Positions 1 through 8,342 of a stretch of DNA of 20,802 nucleotides are shown piece by piece. The stretch is from Fibrobacterota bacterium (GTDB lineage: Bacteria; Fibrobacterota; Fibrobacteria; UBA11236). The notes beneath the pieces were generated by a model. That model saw only the letters and a list, made by a program, of their open reading frames with translations, ran no database searches and was not told the origin of the DNA. The position numbers were made by a program, and so were the translations under genes. Location: NCBI GenBank assembly GCA_043753995.1, contig JAYUVP010000155.1, positions 1 to 20,802 on the forward strand, in the 5' to 3' direction. The stretch's first letter is position 1; the number at the start of each line of letters is the position of its first letter.

Positions 1-1169
1 CCACTCACAATGGCTTTTACCAGGTAAAAACCGCTCTTTTTGGGTGTGGTCAAAGAATATTCCGCCGGCCCATTGCCCATTCTTGAGTCTACTTGCTGAC
101 CCTTGATATCGGTAATGACCACTTGATGCGCACCTTTTGAGGGAATGTTCACCGAAATGGTATTATTGCCCTGTATTTGGTTGATGAGGATGTTCTGACC
201 CGATAATTTACCCGTCGAAATGGTTGGGGTCGTGATTAGTTTAACACAGGCAGTGACGTCGCTCTTTGTCGCATCTGGTTTATATTCCTCATACTTGTTA
301 TCGGTGCAGCCTACGAAATCTCCTGCCGAATAACGCAAAACGCCATATAAGAAATTTTTCAGGTAGGAGTTATTTGCAGAGTAAACATTATTCGTTGACC
401 AGCTGTGGCCCATCGACATGTGAACCACGCGGCCTTTACCATCAGGTTTTGCCCAATTTACGGGATGGTCATTTCCCATGGGTCCATTCACCGTTGCTGA
501 AAACGATTTTTCATCGATCGTAGTCAAGATGGTTACACCCGTTGCACCTCGGGGGGTACCATTGAATGAATAATATTCATCCAAAAATGCCAAAGGCGCT
601 GTTAACCCTTTAAAAATACCCTTGGTCTCGGTCCCGTCTTTAGTTCCTTCGGCATCATGCGCAACATTCGCCCTAGGCTGATTGCTGCCATGTGGCCCGT
701 AAAAACTTTTGACCAGCATGCTCGTTATCCACGGCCAATCAGAAATGAATGCTGAAGCAGCATGAATGGGAATTAAGCCGCCGCCAGCTTTGACATAAGC
801 CTCAAGGTTGGTCTTATCCGTTGCACTAAGTTGAGCATGCACACCATCATTGTTACTGAATAAAACAGCCTGGTAGGTCGCAAGGTTTGCCGCCGAAAAC
901 TCGGACGTAATTTTGGACGCAGGGTCGTTTTGTCCGATAGTCGTGACAGTAAAGCCATTAGCCGTCGCTAATTCTGAAAGCGCCTTATTCAAATCCACTC
1001 GGCTTTCTCGGTGGCCATTAGCACCACCCTGGCTTTTGTCCAGAATCAAGATCTTTTTAAGATTGGTCTTGATTGCCGTTGGCTGCGCTTGCAGTGCTGT
1101 TGTACAGCTCAAAATCCCCGCGATTGAAAGCGCTGTGGCCTTCAATCCTTGGTTCCTGGTGAATTTCAT
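1..1169 (-). CDS. Secreted ThuA-like (trehalose-utilisation/class I glutamine amidotransferase-like fold) domain protein with a C-terminal sorting-like domain; 3' end lies beyond the window
   Basis: Translated by hand; absent from the ORF track because there is no stop in the window. ATG at 1169 follows AGGGGG RBS. Signal peptide MKFTRNQGLKATALSIAGILSCTTALQA. ThuA-like motifs: KILILDKS..GH, FSAANLATYQAVLFSNN, YVKAGGGLIPIHAA, DEYYSF, MGNDHPVNW...GKGRVVHMSMGH. Then GCTDNKYEEYKPDATKSDVTAC and a beta-rich tail ending ITDIKGQQV...KSGFYLVK. Confidence 0.85.
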   Translation of the reverse strand, partial: MKFTRNQGLKATALSIAGILSCTTALQAQPTAIKTNLKKILILDKSQGGANGHRESRVDLNKALSELATANGFTVTTIGQNDPASKITSEFSAANLATYQAVLFSNNDGVHAQLSATDKTNLEAYVKAGGGLIPIHAASAFISDWPWITSMLVKSFYGPHGSNQPRANVAHDAEGTKDGTETKGIFKGLTAPLAFLDEYYSFNGTPRGATGVTILTTIDEKSFSATVNGPMGNDHPVNWAKPDGKGRVVHMSMGHSWSTNNVYSANNSYLKNFLYGVLRYSAGDFVGCTDNKYEEYKPDATKSDVTACVKLITTPTISTGKLSGQNILINQIQGNNTISVNIPSKGAHQVVITDIKGQQVDSRMGNGPAEYSLTTPKKSGFYLVKAIVS

Positions 1170-1227
1170 GTGTTTCCCCCTAAATCGTTCATGGGTCAAT
1201 CTATTGTGGAATTCGTTTCTGCGCCGC

Positions 1228-2694
1228 TCAAAAACCCATTTCGAGGCGGGCAACGTAATACCACTGGCTGGGCTTTCTGGTCACAGGAAGGTCAGATGGT
1301 TCGGCATTAAAGGACATGACGCGCATGTGGTCGCTGGCGACCTGTACAAAAAGGTTCAGGCCCTCGAAAATCGATTTTTTGGCGTATATGGACCAGTGGA
1401 TATCATCTTCCGTTTCAATTGTGGTGGAATCAATCAAACGCTGGTAGGAGGTCGTGGTTTCCCCCGGGGGCAATTGCCATTTGGGGTAGCTCAACTGAAA
1501 TACATCGCGGATATTGTTTTGAAACTTGGACTTATAATACTCCACCTCAATCGACAGAATATCAAACAACTTAAAGGTGGGAAGGTTAAAGCCTACCATG
1601 ATTGGCATACGTTCGCTGATTTTTTCATAGTAGAAGGGGTAATTTTGAACTCCCAAAATCGCAACCTCGGCATACAGTTTCAAATCTTGCGGTCCAAGCA
1701 ATTCGGACTGCAACCAAGTCTGAGGATTGATTGCCGCGCGTCCCACAACCTTAAACCCTTTGAAGGTATAGTAGGAGAGTTGGGAATTCGCTATTCCATT
1801 TTCTGTCACCGTAACAAAGGGTTTTCCATCGGGAGCCGCAGTGCCTGCACGTGCATCCCCATCGGGAACGACATGGATGTCGGTTGCTGCGTAGCCTGTT
1901 TTTTGCCATTCGGAGGGTTTCAAGGCGCTGTCACCCAGATAAGCATTGGCTCGGTCGGTGGGGGTTGTTAAGCTGGGTTTGACCGGAATTCCGTGAGCCC
2001 AGGTAACGCCCGCGCCAATTTCGATAGCTTCCGAAGGCTTATATTCGACCTGATAGCTAGGGGAAATGTCATAGGTTGGCTCGAAGTCGCGTTCCATGAA
2101 AAACATCAAATCGTGGTTGACTGTTCCGCCAAAGGTGGGAACGGATAACTTCGCACCCTGGGCCATATAAGCGGCACTATTGACGATGGACCAGCCACCG
2201 GTCCAGACATAACCTGGATAGGTGCCGGAACGGAATTGATATTCGCCAAGATTTTTAGCGTCCGGATTGTATTTGTGTGCGAAATATCCGAATTGAAGCA
2301 AAGCTGAAGGGTTTTCGGCATCACCAAAGCGGTAAAGGCCCGAGGCCTCGCCCACGCCAGGGCCAAATTTGACAAGGCGGGTATGGGGCGCACCAGGTGA
2401 CACAGGAAGGGAATACCAGAATAGACCCCCCACGCTCACGGTCACATCAAGCTTATGGTTAATTGTGCCCGATTGGGTCATATAAACGCCAGTGCGTGAA
2501 ATGATTTGACCCGTTTCTTCGGTTCCTTGTGAAAGCTCGCCCTTTACGATTTGTCCCAGGTCGATATTACTGCCGACACGGATAGGATGGCGTTCGACTT
2601 CGGCCTGCAAGGGCAATCCAAGACTGGCAACAATGGCTGCGGGTAGAATTGCCAGCTTGATGAACTTGGACGTCACGGTATGGGAAGAGTTCAC
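1228..2694 (-). CDS. Hypothetical outer-membrane beta-barrel (porin-like) protein
   Basis: Start reassigned from 2850 to GTG 2694: GAGGA RBS lies upstream, overlap with the upstream gene is avoided, and a signal peptide (KFIKLAILPAAIVASLGLPLQA) follows. Amphipathic aromatic-rich strands; C-terminus WYYVARLEMGF ends in Phe, like a BAM beta-signal. Confidence 0.7.
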   Translation of the reverse strand: MNSSHTVTSKFIKLAILPAAIVASLGLPLQAEVERHPIRVGSNIDLGQIVKGELSQGTEETGQIISRTGVYMTQSGTINHKLDVTVSVGGLFWYSLPVSPGAPHTRLVKFGPGVGEASGLYRFGDAENPSALLQFGYFAHKYNPDAKNLGEYQFRSGTYPGYVWTGGWSIVNSAAYMAQGAKLSVPTFGGTVNHDLMFFMERDFEPTYDISPSYQVEYKPSEAIEIGAGVTWAHGIPVKPSLTTPTDRANAYLGDSALKPSEWQKTGYAATDIHVVPDGDARAGTAAPDGKPFVTVTENGIANSQLSYYTFKGFKVVGRAAINPQTWLQSELLGPQDLKLYAEVAILGVQNYPFYYEKISERMPIMVGFNLPTFKLFDILSIEVEYYKSKFQNNIRDVFQLSYPKWQLPPGETTTSYQRLIDSTTIETEDDIHWSIYAKKSIFEGLNLFVQVASDHMRVMSFNAEPSDLPVTRKPSQWYYVARLEMGF

Positions 2695-2768
2695 TTGAAT
2701 TTCCTCGCTTTCGGCTTGAATCTCAAAGGATGAAAGGTGATCGAAATGGGGTATTTTCGCTGTGAGTT

Positions 2769-3896
2769 TCACCACGTAAACGTCCACTCGGGCAAACGCA
2801 GGGGCTCGCCGCCGCGCATGGCGGATTCGTGGGCGAGAATGCCGGTGCAAGTCCAGTTGGCGGCCTGTATCTGATTGGGATAGGGGTCGCGGCCTTGAAC
2901 CAGGGCCGAAACGAATTCGTGCACCAAGTGGGGATGCGAACCGCCGTGACCGGCGCCTTGAATAAAGGACAAGTGCGCATGGTCGTCGGCGTCATAAACG
3001 CCCTTGGTCGTGAAGTTCTGGATTTCGGCAGGCAAGAGCTTGGCGAAATCGGGCACCTTCACGCGAGTAGCGATTTCGTGCTCGGCTTTTTTGGCGGTGT
3101 GAAGCACGGGATCTTCGCCTTCGATGAGAGGCCATTCGAAAGACTTTTTGTCACCGTAGACGTCGAAGCTCTCGCGGTATTGGCGGGCCGTGTCGAAGAG
3201 CGAGCGAATGACGCGAGCCGTGATGTCGGAGTTGCGGAACTTGACATGGGCGGTTTCGATGGCGAAAGGCGAATTGTATTGGCCGATCAGCTCTTTGCGA
3301 ATGGTGCCGGAGCCGAAGCAGGATACGACTTCGGCATCCGCGCGGGTCAAGGCCAAGCAAGGGCCGACGCAATGCGTGGCATAATGCATGGGAGGAAGTC
3401 CGGGCCAATAATTGGGCCAGCCGTCCATGTCTTGTTGATGGCTGGCTTGCAAATATTGAATCTTGCCTAGCTCGCCTTTTTCGTAAAGCTCTTTCACGAA
3501 AAGGAATTCGCGCGAGTAGACCACGGTTTCGGCCATCATATACTTGAGGCCGGTTTGCTTAACCAATTCGACGATTTTCTTGCAGTCTTCAACGCTGGTG
3601 GCCATGGGAACCGTGCACGAAACATGCTTGCCAGCTTTGAGCGCGGCCAAGGTCATGTGGGCATGATCGGGAATGGGAGAATTGATATGTACAGCGTCCA
3701 GCTCGGGGTCTTTGAGCATATCCTCGAACTTGGTAAAGCGCTTATCGATTTTGAAAGCATCGCCGACTTGCTTCAGCTTTTCGGGATTGCGCTGGCAAAT
3801 CGAATGCATGATCGCATTAGGATGGCGCTGATAAATGGGAATGAATTCGGAACCGAATCCTAAGCCAACAATGCCTATTCTGATTTTCTTCGACAT
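2769..3896 (-). CDS. Gfo/Idh/MocA family NAD(P)-dependent oxidoreductase
   Basis: Rossmann start IRIGIVGLGFG, DPELDAVHINSPIPDH, AGKHVSCTVPMA, HYATH. ATG at 3896 (MSKKIRIG) behind GGAAAGG is preferred over 3914. Confidence 0.92.
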   Translation of the reverse strand: MSKKIRIGIVGLGFGSEFIPIYQRHPNAIMHSICQRNPEKLKQVGDAFKIDKRFTKFEDMLKDPELDAVHINSPIPDHAHMTLAALKAGKHVSCTVPMATSVEDCKKIVELVKQTGLKYMMAETVVYSREFLFVKELYEKGELGKIQYLQASHQQDMDGWPNYWPGLPPMHYATHCVGPCLALTRADAEVVSCFGSGTIRKELIGQYNSPFAIETAHVKFRNSDITARVIRSLFDTARQYRESFDVYGDKKSFEWPLIEGEDPVLHTAKKAEHEIATRVKVPDFAKLLPAEIQNFTTKGVYDADDHAHLSFIQGAGHGGSHPHLVHEFVSALVQGRDPYPNQIQAANWTCTGILAHESAMRGGEPLRLPEWTFTW

Positions 3897-4000
3897 ATAA
3901 AAAGGCCTTTCCAAACTGGATCAAGCTGATTTAGGGAAATGTATGCCCTAACATTTCCTGAAACTCGTGATTTGACAAAAGATATATCACCGGCATCGAA

Positions 4001-5116
4001 TTAGCCGACCTCGAAATCGGGCAAGTCCACCCGAATGCCGCCGCGCAGGGCCGACTCATGGGCGCAAAGTCCGACGCTAGTCCAATTGGCGGCGGTGGTT
4101 TCGTCGATGGCACTCTTTCGTTTCTCTATAATGCTGCGGAGGAATTCATGCGCTAAATGGGGATGCGAACCGCCATGCCCACTGCCTTGCTTGAAAGACA
4201 AGTGGCTGTGCTTCTCGTCATAGACTCCCTGTCGCGTATAGCGACGAATGCCTTCGGGTAGTAAATGCGCAAAATCAGGTACGGTAATGCGCTCGGCTTT
4301 TTCTCCGCGAAATAAAACCGGCTCTTCATTTTCGATTTGCTGCCATTCAAAGCTGGATTTGTCGCAGTAAACGTCGAAGCTCTCGACATATTGGCGCGCA
4401 GTTTCGAAAAGCGAGCGTGTGATTTCTGCGGCGAGCGGCGAATCTTTGAGGCGCACTAAGGCGCTTTCGACGGCGAAGGACGAATGGTATTTGGAGGTCA
4501 GGTTTTCGGCGATGCGACCCGAACCCAGACAGGTGACCCAGTCGGCTTTTTTGCCGGCGAGGGCAAGCAGCGGACTGATGGCATGGGTCGCATAATGCAT
4601 AGGAGGCAGGCCTTCCCAATAGCCAGGCCAACCCGCCATTTCCTGTTGATGGGCGCCGCGTAAGAATTGCAGCCGACCCAGCTCACCTTGATCGAATAGG
4701 CGCTTGACGAAAAGAAATTCTCGTGTATAAACCGCCGTTTCCATCATCATATAATTGCGCCCAGATTTGCGGACCGCAGCCACTATGGCCCGGCAATCTT
4801 CAATCGTGGTCGCCATGGGGACGGTGCAGGCCACATGCTTTCCGGCCTTGAGAGCGGCCATAGTCATGGCGGCATGGTCGGGGATGGGCGTATTAATATG
4901 AATGGCGTCGATATCCGGGTCAGCGAGCATGTCTTCATAGCGAACAAAACGCTTTTCGACTTGAAAGGCCTCGCCCATGGCTTTGAGAGAGCCGGGATTG
5001 CGTTGGCATAGTGCGACCATTTCAGCATCGGGATGATGCTGATAGATCGGAATGAATTCCGATCCGAAGCCCAATCCGACTAGGCCTATACGAACCTTAT
5101 TTCCAAAAGAGCCCAA
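4001..5116 (-). CDS. Gfo/Idh/MocA family oxidoreductase (paralog of 2769..3896)
   Basis: VRIGLVGLGFG, DPDIDAIHINTPIPDH, AGKHVACTVPMA, GLPPMHYATH. TTG start with GGAG RBS 8 nt upstream. Confidence 0.92.
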   Translation of the reverse strand: MGSFGNKVRIGLVGLGFGSEFIPIYQHHPDAEMVALCQRNPGSLKAMGEAFQVEKRFVRYEDMLADPDIDAIHINTPIPDHAAMTMAALKAGKHVACTVPMATTIEDCRAIVAAVRKSGRNYMMMETAVYTREFLFVKRLFDQGELGRLQFLRGAHQQEMAGWPGYWEGLPPMHYATHAISPLLALAGKKADWVTCLGSGRIAENLTSKYHSSFAVESALVRLKDSPLAAEITRSLFETARQYVESFDVYCDKSSFEWQQIENEEPVLFRGEKAERITVPDFAHLLPEGIRRYTRQGVYDEKHSHLSFKQGSGHGGSHPHLAHEFLRSIIEKRKSAIDETTAANWTSVGLCAHESALRGGIRVDLPDFEVG

Positions 5117-5165
5117 AACCTTATCTCCGATGGGAAGTCCCCGAGGGGGCAGCGAAGCGCCTAAA

Positions 5166-5181
5166 GCGAATGGCGTGCCTA
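5166..5181 (-). promoter_or_regulatory. Sigma54 (RpoN) -24/-12 promoter for the oxidoreductase operon
   Basis: Minus strand reads TAGGCACGCCATTCGC, i.e. GG-N10-GC with the GGCACG core (consensus TGGCACG-N4-TTGC). It lies about 50 nt upstream of the 5116 start and is divergent from a sigma54 activator gene. Confidence 0.75.
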
Positions 5182-5283
5182 TAGGTTTAGGGTTTTGCGT
5201 TCTTGGGTTCCAGACTTCTTTACCCTTAATTGAGAAAGGTTATGCCGGTCAGGGAATTTCGCGTTATTCTGGTATCCACACTT

Positions 5284-7107
5284 ATGGATAGTCGCTACAC
5301 ACCGGTACACGCACCCCCCAAGGCGGTTTTAGCCGTGGTAGCCGGGTCTGGGCAAGTCGCTCGTATTGCTGGAGAAGCAGGGGCGGACTTATTGATTGCC
5401 TTGAACGCCGGTGTTTACCGTAATTTAGGGCAAGGATCGTTACCCGCCTTTTTGCCTTTTGGGAATGCCAACTCGCAAACCCTAGCCTTACTTCAAGAAC
5501 ACATTCTGCCGGCGGCCAAATCCCTTCCGGTGGTGGCGGGGGCCCAGGCTGGTGATGCCCGTCATCCCCTGCCCGCACTCTTCGCGAAATACCGTGCCCT
5601 GGGTGTGCATGGCGTGACCAATTGGCCGGCGGTGGGGTTTCTCGATGGCGCTTATCGAGCCGCCTTGGAAAAATCGGGTCGCGGCATCGAAAGCGAAATT
5701 GCCATGCTGCGCTTGGCGCGCGATGCGGGACTTTTCACTTATGGCTTTGTCTTTACTCCAGAAGAAGCCAAGGCTTTCGCTGAAGCTGGCGTTGACACCT
5801 TGATTTTGCATTTGGGTTTGACCCGACTCCCCGAAGACGTGCATGCCATGAAGGACATGCTCCAGCTCAATAAAGCGGCCTTACGTGCCATGCTCGATGC
5901 GGCCACCTTGCCGACGGGACGACCGCAATGCTTGGCTTTCGGCGGGACGGTCACCGAGCCCGATGACTTGGAAGAGCTATTGCGCTATTGCCCGCTCGAT
6001 GGCTTTGCCGGTGGATCGGTTTTCGAGCGTTTGCCCGTGGGAGGCATTATCGGCGGCGCGGTGCGCCGTTTCAAAAGTGTTTTGCTGCAACCTTCGTCCG
6101 AGACCGAGCAGAAAGCGCGCGGAATGTCGGGCATGGGGCCTATGCTGGGCTCGACTCCCGTCATGGAAAAACTTTTTCACACCATACGCAAGGTGGCGCC
6201 TTTCGATGTGAGCGCTTGCATAGAAGGCGAATCGGGGGTGGGCAAGGAATTGGTGGCCATACAATTGCATCAGCACAATCGCCGCGCCCCTCATCCCTTC
6301 GTCACCGTGAATTGCGGCGCCATACCTGACAGCTTGCTTGAAAGCGAACTCTTCGGTCATGAAAAAGGGGCCTTTACCGGCGCCGATCGACGGCGCCTTG
6401 GCAAATTCGAATTGGCTCATCATGGCACACTTTTTCTCGATGAAATCGCCGACTTGTCAGCGCATGGCCAGGTCGCTTTATTGCGCGCCTTGCAGCAGAG
6501 GGAAATCACGCGTGTGGGCGGCGAACGACCTATCCCCGTCGACGTGCGCATATTAACCGCATCGAATCAAAGCCTGGCCAAGCTGGTTGAACAAGGCCGC
6601 TTTCGCGCCGATCTTTATCATCGGCTTAATAATATCACTTTGCGGGTGCCGCCCCTGCGCGAACGCCTCGACGATTTGCCCCAACTCATCAAGGATAGCC
6701 TCGCCCGCCTGCAAGTGCAATTGGGCCGACGTATCGTGAATGTTACTCCACGCTTCATGGCGCGCCTGCGCCAGCATGGTTGGCCGGGCAATGTGCGTGA
6801 ATTGCAGCATGTCATCACCCAGGCCGCCTTGCTGGAAGAGGGCTTTTATCTCGAAGGCCAGGATTTTCATCCCCAAGGTCAACGTGCGACAACTTCCCAC
6901 TTAGCGCCCATGGCTTCCGGGTTTGGCGAAAATGCTCCAGGGCCGGGCCTCACTTCGGTGTCTCGCGAAGAACGCCGCGCCTCCGCCCAGCGCGCCTTGC
7001 AAATGCATGGCGGCAATAAAAGCCGCGCTGCTGCTGCTTTGGGAGTCACGCGCAAAACCCTTTATGCCTGGCTGGAGACCGTCGCCGAGCCCATTGGCAT
7101 TGATTAA
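5284..7107 (+). CDS. Sigma54-dependent transcriptional activator (bEBP) with N-terminal PEP-hydrolase-like TIM-barrel domain and C-terminal Fis-type HTH
   Basis: N-domain AGADLLIALNAGVYR..GQGSLPAFLPFGNAN, GVHGVTNWPAVGFLDG, LILHLG, GFAGGSVFERLP. AAA+ motifs GESGVGKE, VNCGAIP, ESELFGHEKGAFTGA, TLFLDEI, FRADLYHRL, WPGNVREL. HTH GGNKSRAAAALGVTRKTLY. Start is uncertain (ATG 5284 chosen over TTG 5230). Confidence 0.92.
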   Translation: MDSRYTPVHAPPKAVLAVVAGSGQVARIAGEAGADLLIALNAGVYRNLGQGSLPAFLPFGNANSQTLALLQEHILPAAKSLPVVAGAQAGDARHPLPALFAKYRALGVHGVTNWPAVGFLDGAYRAALEKSGRGIESEIAMLRLARDAGLFTYGFVFTPEEAKAFAEAGVDTLILHLGLTRLPEDVHAMKDMLQLNKAALRAMLDAATLPTGRPQCLAFGGTVTEPDDLEELLRYCPLDGFAGGSVFERLPVGGIIGGAVRRFKSVLLQPSSETEQKARGMSGMGPMLGSTPVMEKLFHTIRKVAPFDVSACIEGESGVGKELVAIQLHQHNRRAPHPFVTVNCGAIPDSLLESELFGHEKGAFTGADRRRLGKFELAHHGTLFLDEIADLSAHGQVALLRALQQREITRVGGERPIPVDVRILTASNQSLAKLVEQGRFRADLYHRLNNITLRVPPLRERLDDLPQLIKDSLARLQVQLGRRIVNVTPRFMARLRQHGWPGNVRELQHVITQAALLEEGFYLEGQDFHPQGQRATTSHLAPMASGFGENAPGPGLTSVSREERRASAQRALQMHGGNKSRAAAALGVTRKTLYAWLETVAEPIGID

Positions 7108-7115
7108 ATCATAAC

Positions 7116-8342
7116 GTGACACCAAGAATTTGTGTATATGCCGTGGCTACACTCGATAGCAAAGGCCGTGAATTGGCTTTCCTGTGTCAGGGTCTGCGTG
7201 AAGAGGGCGTCGACGTGGTCATGGTCGACATCAGTTTGAAGGGGCCGTCGCAAATCATCCCGGATATTAGCCGCGAACAAATCGCCGCCTTTCATCCCGC
7301 CGGAAGGCAAGCTGTATTCGGTTCGCCGGGACGCGAAGCGGGCATGGCCGCCATGGGCGAAGCCCTGGCGCATTTTTTGGCGGAGGAGCAAAGCGCAGGT
7401 CGCTTGCAAGGTGCCGTTGGACTCGGCGGCAGTGAGGGCACAGCCCTGATTGCTCCGGCCTTTCGCAATTTGCCATTGGGTATTCCCAAGCTGCTGATTT
7501 CGACTCTGGCCAGTGGCAATACCGCGCCTTATGTCGGCGTTTCGGATATGGCCTTGCTTTTTCCTGTCACCGATTTGGCCGGACTCAATTTTTTATCGCG
7601 CCGCATTTTGCGCAATGCTGCTGCGGCCATTGCTGGCATGGCTCGCGTGAGTCAAGTCGCGAAACCCGATGGGCCCGCCGTGGGGCTTACCATGTTCGGC
7701 GTGACCACCCCTTGCGTCGATCGCATTCGCGAAGGCTTAGAGAGTCGCGGCATCGAAGGCGTGGTTTTCCACGCCGTGGGTACCGGGGGCATTGCTCTGG
7801 AGCGCCTCGCCGCCGCCGGTTCCTTTTGCGCTGTGATGGATATCACGACTACCGAAATTGCCGACTTGTTGGCGGGAGGCATTTTCGCCGCTGGTCCGGA
7901 TCGCTTCGCCGCCATCGCCAAGCATCACTTACCCGCCGTAGTGAGCGTGGGGGCTCTCGACATGGTGAATTTCGGGCCGCGCGATTCCGTTCCAGACCGT
8001 TATCGAGATCGCAATTTGTACGCGCATACGCCCTTGGTTACTTTGATGCGTACCCATGTCGAAGAAAACGCCGCGGCTGGACGGGTTTTGGCCGAAAGCT
8101 TGAATCGCGGCCAAGGACCGCTCATTGTGCTATTGCCCGAAGGCGGGATTTCGGCCCTCGATGCTCCCGGGCAGCCTTTTTATGATCCACAAGCCAATGC
8201 CGCCCTATTCGCCGCCATTGAAAATGGCCTTATCGCCAAGCCTCGGCGCGCCGTGCGTCGATTGCCTTGGCATATCAATGATCCCCAATTCGCTAGGGCC
8301 GCATTGAGCGCTCTCGACGAAGTCATGGATGGGAAAACGTGA
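7116..8342 (+). CDS. Tm-1-like ATP-binding domain protein (UPF0261)
   Basis: Family motifs ATLDSKGRE, GLGGSEGT, LPLGIPKLLISTLASG, DLAGLN, GLTMFGVTTPCV, VFHAVGTGG, DITTTEIAD, GALDMVNFG, TLMRT, HINDPQFA. Confidence 0.92.
   Translation: MTPRICVYAVATLDSKGRELAFLCQGLREEGVDVVMVDISLKGPSQIIPDISREQIAAFHPAGRQAVFGSPGREAGMAAMGEALAHFLAEEQSAGRLQGAVGLGGSEGTALIAPAFRNLPLGIPKLLISTLASGNTAPYVGVSDMALLFPVTDLAGLNFLSRRILRNAAAAIAGMARVSQVAKPDGPAVGLTMFGVTTPCVDRIREGLESRGIEGVVFHAVGTGGIALERLAAAGSFCAVMDITTTEIADLLAGGIFAAGPDRFAAIAKHHLPAVVSVGALDMVNFGPRDSVPDRYRDRNLYAHTPLVTLMRTHVEENAAAGRVLAESLNRGQGPLIVLLPEGGISALDAPGQPFYDPQANAALFAAIENGLIAKPRRAVRRLPWHINDPQFARAALSALDEVMDGKT

Noticed and set aside
913..1971. 352-aa plus-strand ORF
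   Set aside because: Antisense shadow of the ThuA-like and outer-membrane genes; no recognisable motifs.
2695..2850. N-terminal extension of the 540-aa ORF
   Set aside because: Overlaps the upstream oxidoreductase; the RBS and signal peptide fit GTG 2694.
7116..8342. Anti-phage role by analogy with plant Tm-1
   Set aside because: The context is a sigma54 regulator and metabolic genes; nothing in the sequence supports defence, although it is not excluded.
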